Shown piece by piece: positions 10,209 through 19,280 of a stretch of 63,582 bases of DNA (the first letter of the stretch is position 1; each line of letters starts with the position of its first letter). This DNA is from Puniceicoccales bacterium (GTDB lineage: Bacteria; Verrucomicrobiota; Verrucomicrobiia; Opitutales; JAIRKQ01), in assembly GCA_031257495.1 (NCBI GenBank), contig JAIRON010000015.1, positions 1-63,582 on the forward strand. The letters are read 5' to 3'. Made by a program: the position numbers and the translations under genes. A model generated the notes under the pieces. That model made no database searches. It saw only the letters and a program-made list of their open reading frames with translations, and was not told the DNA's origin.

Positions 10209-11498
10209 TTGCTTAGTGACCAGAAAAAATGGCAGGAATATCAAAAGAAATTGCAAGAAGCTACTTTTTATGGGCAAGTATTATTTGGTCCAGGCAGTTT
10301 GGATAAGCTTGGAAATATACTAAAGGAAGGAATGTGGCGGGCCCGCGATTTTAGGGGACAGAAAGCTTTAATTGTCGCATCGAAAGGGTCGGCAAAGAGA
10401 GGCCATTTGAGAAGGGTGCAAGATCAACTTAGAATAGCTAACATAGATTATTGCGTATTTAGCGATTTTTCATGTAATCCAACAAATTCGCAAGTCCAAG
10501 CGGGATTGGATATGTTTGAAAAAGAAAAGTGCGGTTTTGTTGTTGGACTTGGTGGAGGGAGTAGCATAGATACGGCAAAAATGATTGCCTCTGATTGCAA
10601 TGATTACAAGGAAATAAATGTAAAAGTAATGGCAATATTAACGGCACCAGGTAACGGAGCTGAAGTCAATAGAAGGGCGATTGTTTTTGATGAAAGGGAA
10701 AAAATAAAAAAACCAGGTTGGGCGCCGATTCCTACATTTACAATCATTGATCCCGATTTAATGCTGTCCGTACCTGCCATCATGTCGGCCTACCAGGGCT
10801 TTGATGCTCTTTGTCAGTGCATGGAGGATTATTTGAGTGCGCTAGGTGAAGAGAGCAATTCTGACAATTCTTATAATAGCAGACATTTGAGCTGTTCAAT
10901 GGAGGCGTTTCGTTTAATTATAAAAAATCTGCCAATTGTTGTTGAAAATCCAAATAATGTAAAAGCACGCACCGAGATAGCCTATGCGAGCACGTTGGCT
11001 CGTGTTCGTGGAATGCCAAGGGAATTATGTGGAATTCGCCCCATGGTGCGGGCCCTCGCCAGTTGTTACCCAAGCATACCCCACGGTGCTAATCTTGTAT
11101 TGCTCAGTGGTCCGTATTATACTCAACTTGCCCAAAGGGTGGATAGGGAGGTAGATGTGTCGTTGAGAGATAAAATGATAAAGCTAGCCAAAATACTCGG
11201 TAAAGAAGATGCGCAAAGCGCTAAAGATTTTCCCATAGCTTTGGAAAATTTTAAAAAGAGATGTAATATCGGACTGGATACACTGAAACTGTCTAATTTC
11301 ATTGGAGAAAAAAATTTCAACGAAAAGGACGTGGATACTTTGGTCAAGAGAGCAAGAGAGTATAATCCTCCCTCTGTTTTTAACAAACGCCATGGAAAAT
11401 TGTTCCGCTCCAGCAAAGAGGAAGTGTCACTCGAAGAGGAGGACGTGGCTTATAAAAATATCTTCAGAGAAGTGCTAGGTTGCTTGCCTAGTGCCTAG
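10209..11498 (+). CDS. iron-containing alcohol dehydrogenase family protein (divergent, with C-terminal extension)
   Basis: GLGGGSSIDTAKMIA (GGGSxxDxAK) and TAPGNGAEVN nucleotide-binding motifs, GFDALCQCMEDY, and PHGANLVLL. See the finding on substituted metal ligands. Confidence 0.7.
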   Translation: MLSDQKKWQEYQKKLQEATFYGQVLFGPGSLDKLGNILKEGMWRARDFRGQKALIVASKGSAKRGHLRRVQDQLRIANIDYCVFSDFSCNPTNSQVQAGLDMFEKEKCGFVVGLGGGSSIDTAKMIASDCNDYKEINVKVMAILTAPGNGAEVNRRAIVFDEREKIKKPGWAPIPTFTIIDPDLMLSVPAIMSAYQGFDALCQCMEDYLSALGEESNSDNSYNSRHLSCSMEAFRLIIKNLPIVVENPNNVKARTEIAYASTLARVRGMPRELCGIRPMVRALASCYPSIPHGANLVLLSGPYYTQLAQRVDREVDVSLRDKMIKLAKILGKEDAQSAKDFPIALENFKKRCNIGLDTLKLSNFIGEKNFNEKDVDTLVKRAREYNPPSVFNKRHGKLFRSSKEEVSLEEEDVAYKNIFREVLGCLPSA

Positions 11499-11573
11499 AA
11501 AGAAAATTCAACGAAAAAAACGTGAACCAAACCACACCAGGCCATCATTAAATTTCACTGAAAAATATATAGG

Positions 11574-12749
11574 CTATTTAAATTTAGTGAAGACTTGGAT
11601 TCCCGAATCGTAGGTAGGGTACGCCTCGCCTACGATCAAGGGTGATGCATATTTGAAAAATGAAGCGTCTACGGCGTTTTCTTCGTTGCTATACCAACCG
11701 GATGGAAAATCTTTTTGTTTCCCTATGGTATTTGAAATGTCTACGCAGCTTGTTTCGCAACTATACTTTTGACTGTCGCTACGTAGCAAAATCATCATTT
11801 TGCAACTCACTTCATTTTCTAGCGCTAGTTCAACGGCACGCTTTGCGCAACTTGTTGTTTCGGCAGAATCCGTGCCGGAGATGGTCATGCACGATGTCCG
11901 CTTCCAATCATTCAAAATAACCAAGTCCACGCCGATATCAAAATTTGCTTCCGTTATAAACTTTATATATTGACCAGGTGTACGTCCCTCAGTCATACTT
12001 TTACCGGAGCGATTTTTTAAACACCCTCCCACCAGGATAACACAATTGCCATTTGTATGTATGCACCCGTGAACCCTTTTCACAAGGGCTTGCTCTTCGA
12101 ATAAATCGGCAAATACCAAATGTGGTGCCAAATTAGAATCGGGGTGCACTTTGGCCAGCGTAGCACCACATAAACTCCACATGTTATCACATCCGCTCAG
12201 CTCAACAATAGTCACACTGCCGGAAGCCTGCATTGACTGAACATCTGCCACAACACTAGTAAATAACGACGAAATGTGTTTCAGCAAAGAACCGTAGCCC
12301 AGACAGTGATCGGTTAGAGGCAGGGCATTATCGGCCGAAAAAGGAATCAGCATCAGTCGCATTTCATGGCCCGCATTCGCTGAGGCTTCCTCTATTTTTA
12401 AGCAAATTTTTGCGCTTTCTTCGTCGCCGAGGACAAACATAAATCGGATGTTTTTTTCTTTCAAAGTAGAAGCTATGCCATTGAAATCCTCATCGGAACA
12501 ATCAATAAGTCGCGACCCCAATGCCGCTCCGGGGGTGTAAGATAAGTTATTGATATTTTTTTGTTGTTGAGAGGCAAGATCTATGAAAGTTCCGGTAATC
12601 AACCCCTCAAGTCCACCGATGCAACCGTAAACATCTTCCACAGTATCATAATTTAATACACTTTTTATAAGAGCCGCCAATCCCACATTCATGAGCGCCG
12701 ATGGTCGTCCAATTTGCATTAATAAAACATTTCCTTCTAATTTTGTCAT
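11574..12749 (-). CDS. phosphofructokinase-family protein with divergent active-site motifs
   Basis: Collinear by eye with the PfkA fold: IGRPSALMN vs GGDAPGMN, VLGDEES vs IGGDGS, IPFSADNAL vs PGTIDNDI, VELSGCDN vs VEVMGRYCG. Confidence 0.6.
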   Translation of the reverse strand: MTKLEGNVLLMQIGRPSALMNVGLAALIKSVLNYDTVEDVYGCIGGLEGLITGTFIDLASQQQKNINNLSYTPGAALGSRLIDCSDEDFNGIASTLKEKNIRFMFVLGDEESAKICLKIEEASANAGHEMRLMLIPFSADNALPLTDHCLGYGSLLKHISSLFTSVVADVQSMQASGSVTIVELSGCDNMWSLCGATLAKVHPDSNLAPHLVFADLFEEQALVKRVHGCIHTNGNCVILVGGCLKNRSGKSMTEGRTPGQYIKFITEANFDIGVDLVILNDWKRTSCMTISGTDSAETTSCAKRAVELALENEVSCKMMILLRSDSQKYSCETSCVDISNTIGKQKDFPSGWYSNEENAVDASFFKYASPLIVGEAYPTYDSGIQVFTKFK

Positions 12750-12892
12750 AGCCTATTTCCCTAAGAATCATTAGCCTGCCTTTTAGGCGAATCAAGGCAA
12801 CAATTTTCAAAAAAAAATAATTTTTTTACACAAATGTAGTTTTTATGTTGAAAACTAAGATTTTCTTGTTCTAATCTCTTCGGAGAAGAAGG

Positions 12893-13996
12893 ATGATTAT
12901 GAAAAAAATTGTTAATATATTTGCATTGACTATCGTTTTAGCATGTACGGGATGCAATTCCGTTGGACCAAGGGGAATTCGGAATGTACATCCGCAGTAT
13001 AATAGCGCTCTGAGCGATGTTTTGGATCAACAATTGCTGAACAATTTGGTTAGATTGAAATACCGAGAAAATCCATTATTTCTTGAGATCAATAATATAA
13101 TGGACTCGCGCACATCTGGTATTGATGCTGGCTTTGGGAACAGTAGGTGGTTCATAAAGGGAAGTAGTAACCAGACAACGATCGCACCAACGATTAAGTT
13201 TGCCGATTCTGAGACACCTACAGTTTCATATCATCCATTGCGTGGGAAAGAGTTCATTCAGCATTTGATGACACCAATACCTTTTTCAGCGGTATTGCTA
13301 ATGTCCCAATCGGGATGGAAGTTGGAACGTGTCTTCGATTTGTGCATCGAGAAAATTAACAACGTGGATAACGCATCGAATGCTTCCGGACCAACACCCA
13401 GAATTAAGCCCGACTATGAAGATTTTTATCGTATGACATCGCTTTTGCAAAAACTGGAGTATGAGCATAAATTATCCCTAGGCCTTGATAATGATAACAA
13501 CGCTCTAGTTTTGCGTTTCCTGAATGTGGCAAGTTCTCCGGAAATGAAGGAATTGCGTAAGATTTTGAATCTCGACGAAGACAGAAATGAATTTTATTTT
13601 CAGGATAATTTTCTCACCGTATCCAAGCGCAGCTTAAGTGTAAGAATGAGATCTCTTATGGGACTATTGTTTTACTTGTCGCACGCCGTTGAGGTGCCTC
13701 AAGAGGATATCGACAGTGGCAAGGTAATGGTAACGGTAGATGCAAGGGGTAGAGTTTTTGACTGGACGAGGTATGCAAGCGGCAGGATGATGAAGGTCAA
13801 GTGCTCGGAGACGGAGCCAAAGGATGCCTTCATATCAACCTATCACCGTGGCCATTGGTTTTACATAGCTGACAATGACCTGCACTCAAAGTCGACCTTT
13901 ATGTTCATATCCTATCTATTCAACTTGCAGGCAGGTGAAGCTTCTGCGGGAGCAGTTGCCCCACTATTGACAGTCCCTACTGCCCCGATGAGGTAG
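12893..13996 (+). CDS. hypothetical lipoprotein
   Basis: Signal peptide with a lipobox: MIMKKIVNIFALTIVLAC-TGC. The RBS ggagaagaagg lies upstream. No family recognised. Confidence 0.6.
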   Translation: MIMKKIVNIFALTIVLACTGCNSVGPRGIRNVHPQYNSALSDVLDQQLLNNLVRLKYRENPLFLEINNIMDSRTSGIDAGFGNSRWFIKGSSNQTTIAPTIKFADSETPTVSYHPLRGKEFIQHLMTPIPFSAVLLMSQSGWKLERVFDLCIEKINNVDNASNASGPTPRIKPDYEDFYRMTSLLQKLEYEHKLSLGLDNDNNALVLRFLNVASSPEMKELRKILNLDEDRNEFYFQDNFLTVSKRSLSVRMRSLMGLLFYLSHAVEVPQEDIDSGKVMVTVDARGRVFDWTRYASGRMMKVKCSETEPKDAFISTYHRGHWFYIADNDLHSKSTFMFISYLFNLQAGEASAGAVAPLLTVPTAPMR

Positions 13997-14027
13997 CACT
14001 TCAACTAATGCAGCGCAGCGATAATCA

Positions 14028-14720
14028 ATGACAAACGCACAATTTAACAACCGCCCAGCCGAATGGAGGGGCGGTTTTAACGGTAAGCCACAGGGAAAGG
14101 GAAGTAAGCCATATGTTCGCAGGGATGGTGGAAAAAATTTTGTAAGAAAAAATGATAGAATACGTGCCACCGAAGTGCGTGTCATAGATTACAACGGCGA
14201 ACAACTTGGCGTCATGCAAACTAGCAGCGCCGTAGCTCTAGCTAAAAGCAAGGGTCTCGACTTAGTAGAAATTTCCCCCAATACTCAACCTCCCGTATGC
14301 AAAATCCTCGATTTTGGCAAATATAAGTACGATGAGGGGAAAAAAAACAAGCAAAGTACCAAAACTCAATCGTCGAAAATAAAGGAAGTGAAGCTGCGCG
14401 TTGCCATTGACCAAAACGACTACGACACAAAGATGCGTCATTCCATGGAGTTTTTAGAAAAAGGGTTTAAGTTAAAAATTTCTTTGATGTTTCGCGGTCG
14501 GGAGCTTGCCCACAGTGAACTGGGCTTCGATTTGGTAAAACGCTTCGCGAATGATCTCTGTGAACACGGTGTTTTGGATGTTGAACCAAAATTGTTCGGA
14601 AAAATCATATCCGCTACAATATCGCCCCTGTCTGCACAGAAAAAACTAGCCCAGGTTCATAAAAAAGTAGCGCAGCCTACTAAGATTTTGGATGCCAGTG
14701 AATTACTAAAATTACAATAA
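14028..14720 (+). CDS. infC: translation initiation factor IF-3 (with basic N-terminal extension)
   Basis: IRATEVRVIDYNGEQLGVM..ALAKSKGLDLVEISPNTQPPVCKILDFGKYKY, and the C-domain KEVKLRVAIDQNDYDTKM. Confidence 0.9.
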   Translation: MTNAQFNNRPAEWRGGFNGKPQGKGSKPYVRRDGGKNFVRKNDRIRATEVRVIDYNGEQLGVMQTSSAVALAKSKGLDLVEISPNTQPPVCKILDFGKYKYDEGKKNKQSTKTQSSKIKEVKLRVAIDQNDYDTKMRHSMEFLEKGFKLKISLMFRGRELAHSELGFDLVKRFANDLCEHGVLDVEPKLFGKIISATISPLSAQKKLAQVHKKVAQPTKILDASELLKLQ

Positions 14721-14721
14721 A

Positions 14722-15693
14722 ATGATCAAAGTAAATTTTTATAGAAGAGTGTCGTTGTTTTTAGTGCTTGTGTGCGGTTTTGTTTGTTCACTGTGCCATG
14801 CCCTGCCAAACGGAGAATACATGCCCCTTGAAGTAGTTGCCAAGGAACATCTCCTAAGAATGCCAATCAGGAGGCCAGATAGAGTGGTGTTGCGCGGAGA
14901 TAGTATTGAATTATCGTTTAGGTCGGGATCTTTATCATTTCACGCCAACGGCGTCTTGATACCGCTTGGATTTTTCACCGAAACAAAGTGTGGAAAATTG
15001 TGCGTGTCCTACAGCGACTATGTGGCTCATCTACGCCCATTTTTTACTATGCAACCTCGGAGCAGTGTAAAAAAAGCAGTCATTGTGCTGGACCCTGGAC
15101 ACGGTGGACGAGCGGAAGGTGCGCTGTCAGCCACCGGTTTAAAGGAAAAAACTGTGACCCTTGATATTTGCCAAAGGCTTGCCCGGATACTTGAAAAACA
15201 GGGGCATACTGTCTATTTGACTCGCAATTCGGATGTGTACGTTGAGTTGGAAGATCGCACAAAATTTGCGAACAAAAAATCCCCAACCATGTTTGTAAGC
15301 GTGCACTGCAATGCGGCAAAGTCAAAATCAGCCCGTGGGGTTGAAACTTTCGCACTAACACCCTGTGGCCAGCCTTCACAGCACCAAGTAAAATCATCAC
15401 AATCTAACCTGAAACCATATGCTGGTAATAAATTTGATGCGGAAAATTTAATACTGGCCTACGCTATTCAGGGAGCTGTTTTGAGAAAAATTGGATGTGT
15501 CGATCGGGGAGTTAAACACGCCTGTTTTCACGTATTTAGGGGTTTGAATTGCCCTGGGGTTTTAGCGGAACTTGAATTTTTATCACACCCAATAGAGGCG
15601 AAAAAACTTGCCTCAAGCAACCATCGCCAAGATTTAGCTCAAGGTTTAGCCGACGGAATAACATCGTTTTTAAAATGCCACATCCCTAACTAA
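14722..15693 (+). CDS. N-acetylmuramoyl-L-alanine amidase (Amidase_3, AmiA/B/C-like)
   Basis: N-terminal signal-like hydrophobic segment. Zn-ligand motifs VLDPGHGG, ...ELEDR... and SVHCNA. It starts 2 nt after the infC stop. Confidence 0.85.
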   Translation: MIKVNFYRRVSLFLVLVCGFVCSLCHALPNGEYMPLEVVAKEHLLRMPIRRPDRVVLRGDSIELSFRSGSLSFHANGVLIPLGFFTETKCGKLCVSYSDYVAHLRPFFTMQPRSSVKKAVIVLDPGHGGRAEGALSATGLKEKTVTLDICQRLARILEKQGHTVYLTRNSDVYVELEDRTKFANKKSPTMFVSVHCNAAKSKSARGVETFALTPCGQPSQHQVKSSQSNLKPYAGNKFDAENLILAYAIQGAVLRKIGCVDRGVKHACFHVFRGLNCPGVLAELEFLSHPIEAKKLASSNHRQDLAQGLADGITSFLKCHIPN

Positions 15694-15829
15694 CTTTATA
15701 GGTTTGATTAAGTGGTGACTGATGAAAAAATCGGTGCCATATTGCGAAATAAAGCGTAGTAAACCTTTTTCCGATGGCGCTTTTTCAAAGAGGACAGCAA
15801 ACCTCTTTTAGGAAAAAATTTACAATATC

Positions 15830-17155
15830 CTATGCAATGCGCTCGCTGATGACTTCACCTTGGGTAGGACGCTTTGGAGCAAGGCGGTAGGCATCACGAA
15901 AATACTCCAGTGCCTTATCCAGCTTCGATTCGTCGTTATAATGGATCATCATAAGAGGCTCACCTTGTTTTATCTGCATGCCCACTTTCATGACATCGGA
16001 TACGCCAACGGCGGGATCCAAGGTTCCATCAGAATTTTCTGCCAAAATGCGAACACCGCGTGCAATCATGCCCGCATTGACAGTATGTATGTAGCCTCGT
16101 TTTTGGGCTGAAAGCTTACGAACATGCTTAGCTTCGGGAAATTTTTCCGGATTCTCGATATAGGAAACATCACCACCCTGTGCTTCGACAAATTCTTTGA
16201 ATTTTTCAAGAGCTGTTCCATCGGCTAAGTGTTTGACTATCATTTGCTTAGCCGATAGCGTCGAACCGGCAACTCCAGCCAAACGCACTATTTCCATCCC
16301 AAGTTTCAGGATCAAATCCTGCAGCTCCGGATCACCCCCTCCCTTTAAAAGTTCGATCGCCTCCTTGATTTCAAGGGCTGTCCCCACATTTCTTCCAAGA
16401 GGCTGATTGGCGTCGGTTACGAGCGCAATGCATTTTCTGTTCAAGGCACGGGCTACCCGTGTTATCATGCGGCCGAGTTGCTTTGCCTGTTCCACATCTT
16501 TTATGCAGGACCCACTGCCCCATTTCACATCCACCACCAAGCCCTCCACGCCTGAGGATAATTTTTTGCAAAGCATGCTACCAACGAGGAGAGGCACGCT
16601 CGGAATTGTTCCCGTTTCTTTGCGTAAATTTATCAATTGCACATCGACGGGAGCTACGGTGCTTGGCTGTTCACAGTAGTAACAGCCGACTTTCTTCAGC
16701 TGAGATTTAAAATTTTTTTCATCAAATTTGGGTGAAAATCCAGGGATAGAGGAAATTTTTTCAATGTCGGAAATGACAAAGCCATCATCCGCATTGGCTA
16801 TCGTCGGCACCGCAATACCGCATGCAGCGGCAACGGAGGTCAATACAAAAGTAGCTTTATCCCCGACTCCTCCGGTGGCACAGCGATCAATCTTCGGCCA
16901 AGAGATATTGCCAGCGTCAATTACATCGCCGGAAAGCATTAATTCTTCCGTCCAAATAGCGGTTTCCTGTACACTCATCCCCTGAAAGTAAACAGCCATT
17001 AAAAATGCCGACAATTGGTGCAGTGGAATTCTTTCATCTATTATTGCGCTTGTAATTTCACGAACCTCATCGTCCGTTAATTCCTCCGCAGAAATTTTCT
17101 TTTCAATCAAAATGTTAAACGGAGTCCTGTAACGAACCTTCTTTTCTTTTTCCAT
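15830..17155 (-). CDS. deoA: thymidine/pyrimidine-nucleoside phosphorylase
   Basis: TGGVGDK phosphate-binding motif, 441 aa, glycosyltransferase family 3 layout plus a PYNP C-terminal domain (GMQIKQGEPLMMIHYN). Confidence 0.9.
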   Translation of the reverse strand: MEKEKKVRYRTPFNILIEKKISAEELTDDEVREITSAIIDERIPLHQLSAFLMAVYFQGMSVQETAIWTEELMLSGDVIDAGNISWPKIDRCATGGVGDKATFVLTSVAAACGIAVPTIANADDGFVISDIEKISSIPGFSPKFDEKNFKSQLKKVGCYYCEQPSTVAPVDVQLINLRKETGTIPSVPLLVGSMLCKKLSSGVEGLVVDVKWGSGSCIKDVEQAKQLGRMITRVARALNRKCIALVTDANQPLGRNVGTALEIKEAIELLKGGGDPELQDLILKLGMEIVRLAGVAGSTLSAKQMIVKHLADGTALEKFKEFVEAQGGDVSYIENPEKFPEAKHVRKLSAQKRGYIHTVNAGMIARGVRILAENSDGTLDPAVGVSDVMKVGMQIKQGEPLMMIHYNDESKLDKALEYFRDAYRLAPKRPTQGEVISERIA

Positions 17156-17324
17156 TGCGTAACTAATTAGAACTTTTATATTCGCGGGGACACGGGTAGT
17201 GTATGCAAATTAGTTTGCGAATTGTCAAATCATATTGGGAAGTTTTCTGTAAACGGTCCCAACTTTTTTCGAAATAAAATCTTCCCGTTCGGCGAAATTT
17301 TCATATCAAACATAGCGAATTGGT

Positions 17325-17966
17325 ATGTGGCATCCCGTCTATCAAATAATGTGTTACCTGTTTAAGACAGGATTTTACGAACTGTTTGACGGAGCAATAT
17401 ACGGCTTAGAAAATGTTCCCGACGAGGGATCATTTTTATTGGTATGCAACCACGCCAGTTACTTCGATCCTCCATTTTTAGGGGCCGTGTTGTTGGGTAA
17501 GAGGAAAATTTTTTCTTTTGCAAAGAAAAGTTTGTTTAGCTCTCCCCTGGGGAATTGGTTGTTTGCGCGGCTAAATTCGATCCCCGTTGACAGAAACAGC
17601 GCGGACATGTCGGCCATACGTTCCGTATTGAGATTATTGCAAAATGGCAATGGTGTGATGATTTTTCCCGAAGGCACAAGATCCTCCGATGGACAACTAC
17701 ACAAAGCCCACGCCGGTGTGGGAATGTTTGCCTGCAAGAGTGGCACACGGGTTATCCCCTGCAGAATATTCGGCACCTATAAAATCATGAATCGATTTTC
17801 CCATTTCCCAAACTTCAATGAAAAAGCAGCCATCGTATTTGGCAAACCGCTGCAACCAGCGGAATACGACAATAACAAAACTTCTCCCAATCGCTACCAA
17901 GAAGCAGCAAACATTATCATGGAAAAAATTAAATCCCTTGAACTTCCGCAGCCAAATATTCTGTGA
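17325..17966 (+). CDS. plsC: 1-acyl-sn-glycerol-3-phosphate acyltransferase
   Basis: HX4D motif NHASYFDP and the FPEGTRS motif. Confidence 0.85.
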   Translation: MWHPVYQIMCYLFKTGFYELFDGAIYGLENVPDEGSFLLVCNHASYFDPPFLGAVLLGKRKIFSFAKKSLFSSPLGNWLFARLNSIPVDRNSADMSAIRSVLRLLQNGNGVMIFPEGTRSSDGQLHKAHAGVGMFACKSGTRVIPCRIFGTYKIMNRFSHFPNFNEKAAIVFGKPLQPAEYDNNKTSPNRYQEAANIIMEKIKSLELPQPNIL

Positions 17967-18083
17967 TGAGCCCTTCCAATGCGTCCCTTTGTTCGAAAAA
18001 GTTAGGCATGGAGTCATAGTCCGGCCATCGCCACTCATATGGAAATGAAAAAAAGTTGAGTTCATTAGAAATTTTAGTGGACC

Positions 18084-18359
18084 CTAAACTTTTGCTGGCA
18101 CTTTGACGCGTGTTTCTTGAACCTCAGGGACCACCTTGGGGGCGGCATCCGACTCATTACTGGGACTTGGAATCACATTAATTAACAAAATTTTAGCATC
18201 TTTTCGATCTGAAAGGCTTTTCATTCCATGGTATGGCAACTTGTCAATTCCTATATCCAGAAGAGATTCACCGTTTGCTGCCATGATTGCATAAAAATCG
18301 CTTTTACTGACAACCTCCTTACATAGTAGGCGATATTTTTTTGTCTTTGTAATTGTCAA
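18084..18359 (-). CDS. hypothetical protein (91 aa from TTG), possibly the 3' part of a frameshifted gene
   Basis: ORF in the track. Its TTG start overlaps the stop of an upstream 47-aa ORF in another frame. Confidence 0.35.
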   Translation of the reverse strand: MTITKTKKYRLLCKEVVSKSDFYAIMAANGESLLDIGIDKLPYHGMKSLSDRKDAKILLINVIPSPSNESDAAPKVVPEVQETRVKVPAKV

Positions 18360-18499
18360 TTTTGCACACTTTCATTATTAGGAAGGTGGCTGAATACTGT
18401 GCTTGAAACAAGAATTTCTCCCCCAGGCAAACTAACGTCTTTCAAGTTAAATTTACCACAATTAAACAAGATTTCCTTTTCTACCTTTATGGACGACAT
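18356..18499 (-). CDS. small ORF (47 aa, MSSIKVEKEILFNCGKFNLKDVSLPGGEILVSSTVFSHLPNNESVQN), possibly the 5' part of the same disrupted gene
   Basis: Hand translation from ATG at 18499 to TGA at 18356-18358. The ORF is below the track length cut-off. Confidence 0.25.
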   Translation of the reverse strand: MSSIKVEKEILFNCGKFNLKDVSLPGGEILVSSTVFSHLPNNESVQN

Positions 18500-19082
18500 G
18501 GCAAATTTCCTTTTACTTCGATTTCCACCTATGAATTACACCTATCTTCGGTCTTGGCCCGTAATTTAATAATTTTTTGTTAAAAACTTTCTAAAGATAC
18601 ATGTCAAAGAAAATTTTTTAAATGTTTTACTGTTTCTTTTTTACTAAGCCATGTTATTATTTTTTTGTTTGGATTGTCAAAATAATCCCTCATAGGTCCT
18701 TTTATATCAAAATTTTCATGATCTAATTTTGATTTTTTAAGTTTCTTTTTTCGTATAATTTGAGGTTTTTAGATTTACCAAAAGAAATTGAATTTTGGCT
18801 TTTTGTTTGCAACTTCTTCAATTGTCAAAAGTAGAAAAATTTTTCCCTTTGATGAAATTTTTAATTTCCGGCGTAAAAGATGGTCAAATTAAAGACTGGA
18901 AATTTTCCTTTGCTAGCTGCAGCTTGACTCTCCGATTGTGAATATTTAAAAATAACATCCAAATATGAGAAACATCAATCTATACCTGAATGCTCGTTAA
19001 TGTATGTATAAGCTTTTTGCCTTCCCTGTTTCCTACTCTTTCCAATCTTTTGTTATTCCTTTATTTGAGCTGTTTATAGCTT

Positions 19083-19157
19083 TGGCACCCCCACGGGGAA
19101 TTGAACCCCGGTTACTGGAATGAGAATCCAGTGTCCTAGCCGCTAGACGATAGGGGC
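19083..19157 (-). tRNA. tRNA-Glu (anticodon CTC), CCA encoded
   Basis: Reverse complement is gcccctatcgtctagcggctaggacactggattctcattccagtaaccggggttcaattccccgtgggggtgcca. Anticodon stem is ctgga/tccag with loop tt-CTC-at. T arm is cgggg-ttcaatt-ccccg. The acceptor has G1:U72 and U6:G67 wobbles. Confidence 0.85.
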
Positions 19158-19280
19158 AGCTGTCTTGCTCGTTTTGAAATAATGGAGCATGTTGTCAATA
19201 TAAATATAAAACAATCCCGGTCGAAAATTGAGCTATTTATGGGAATCGTAGAAACAAGCAACATCGGTAAGTTGGCGTTT

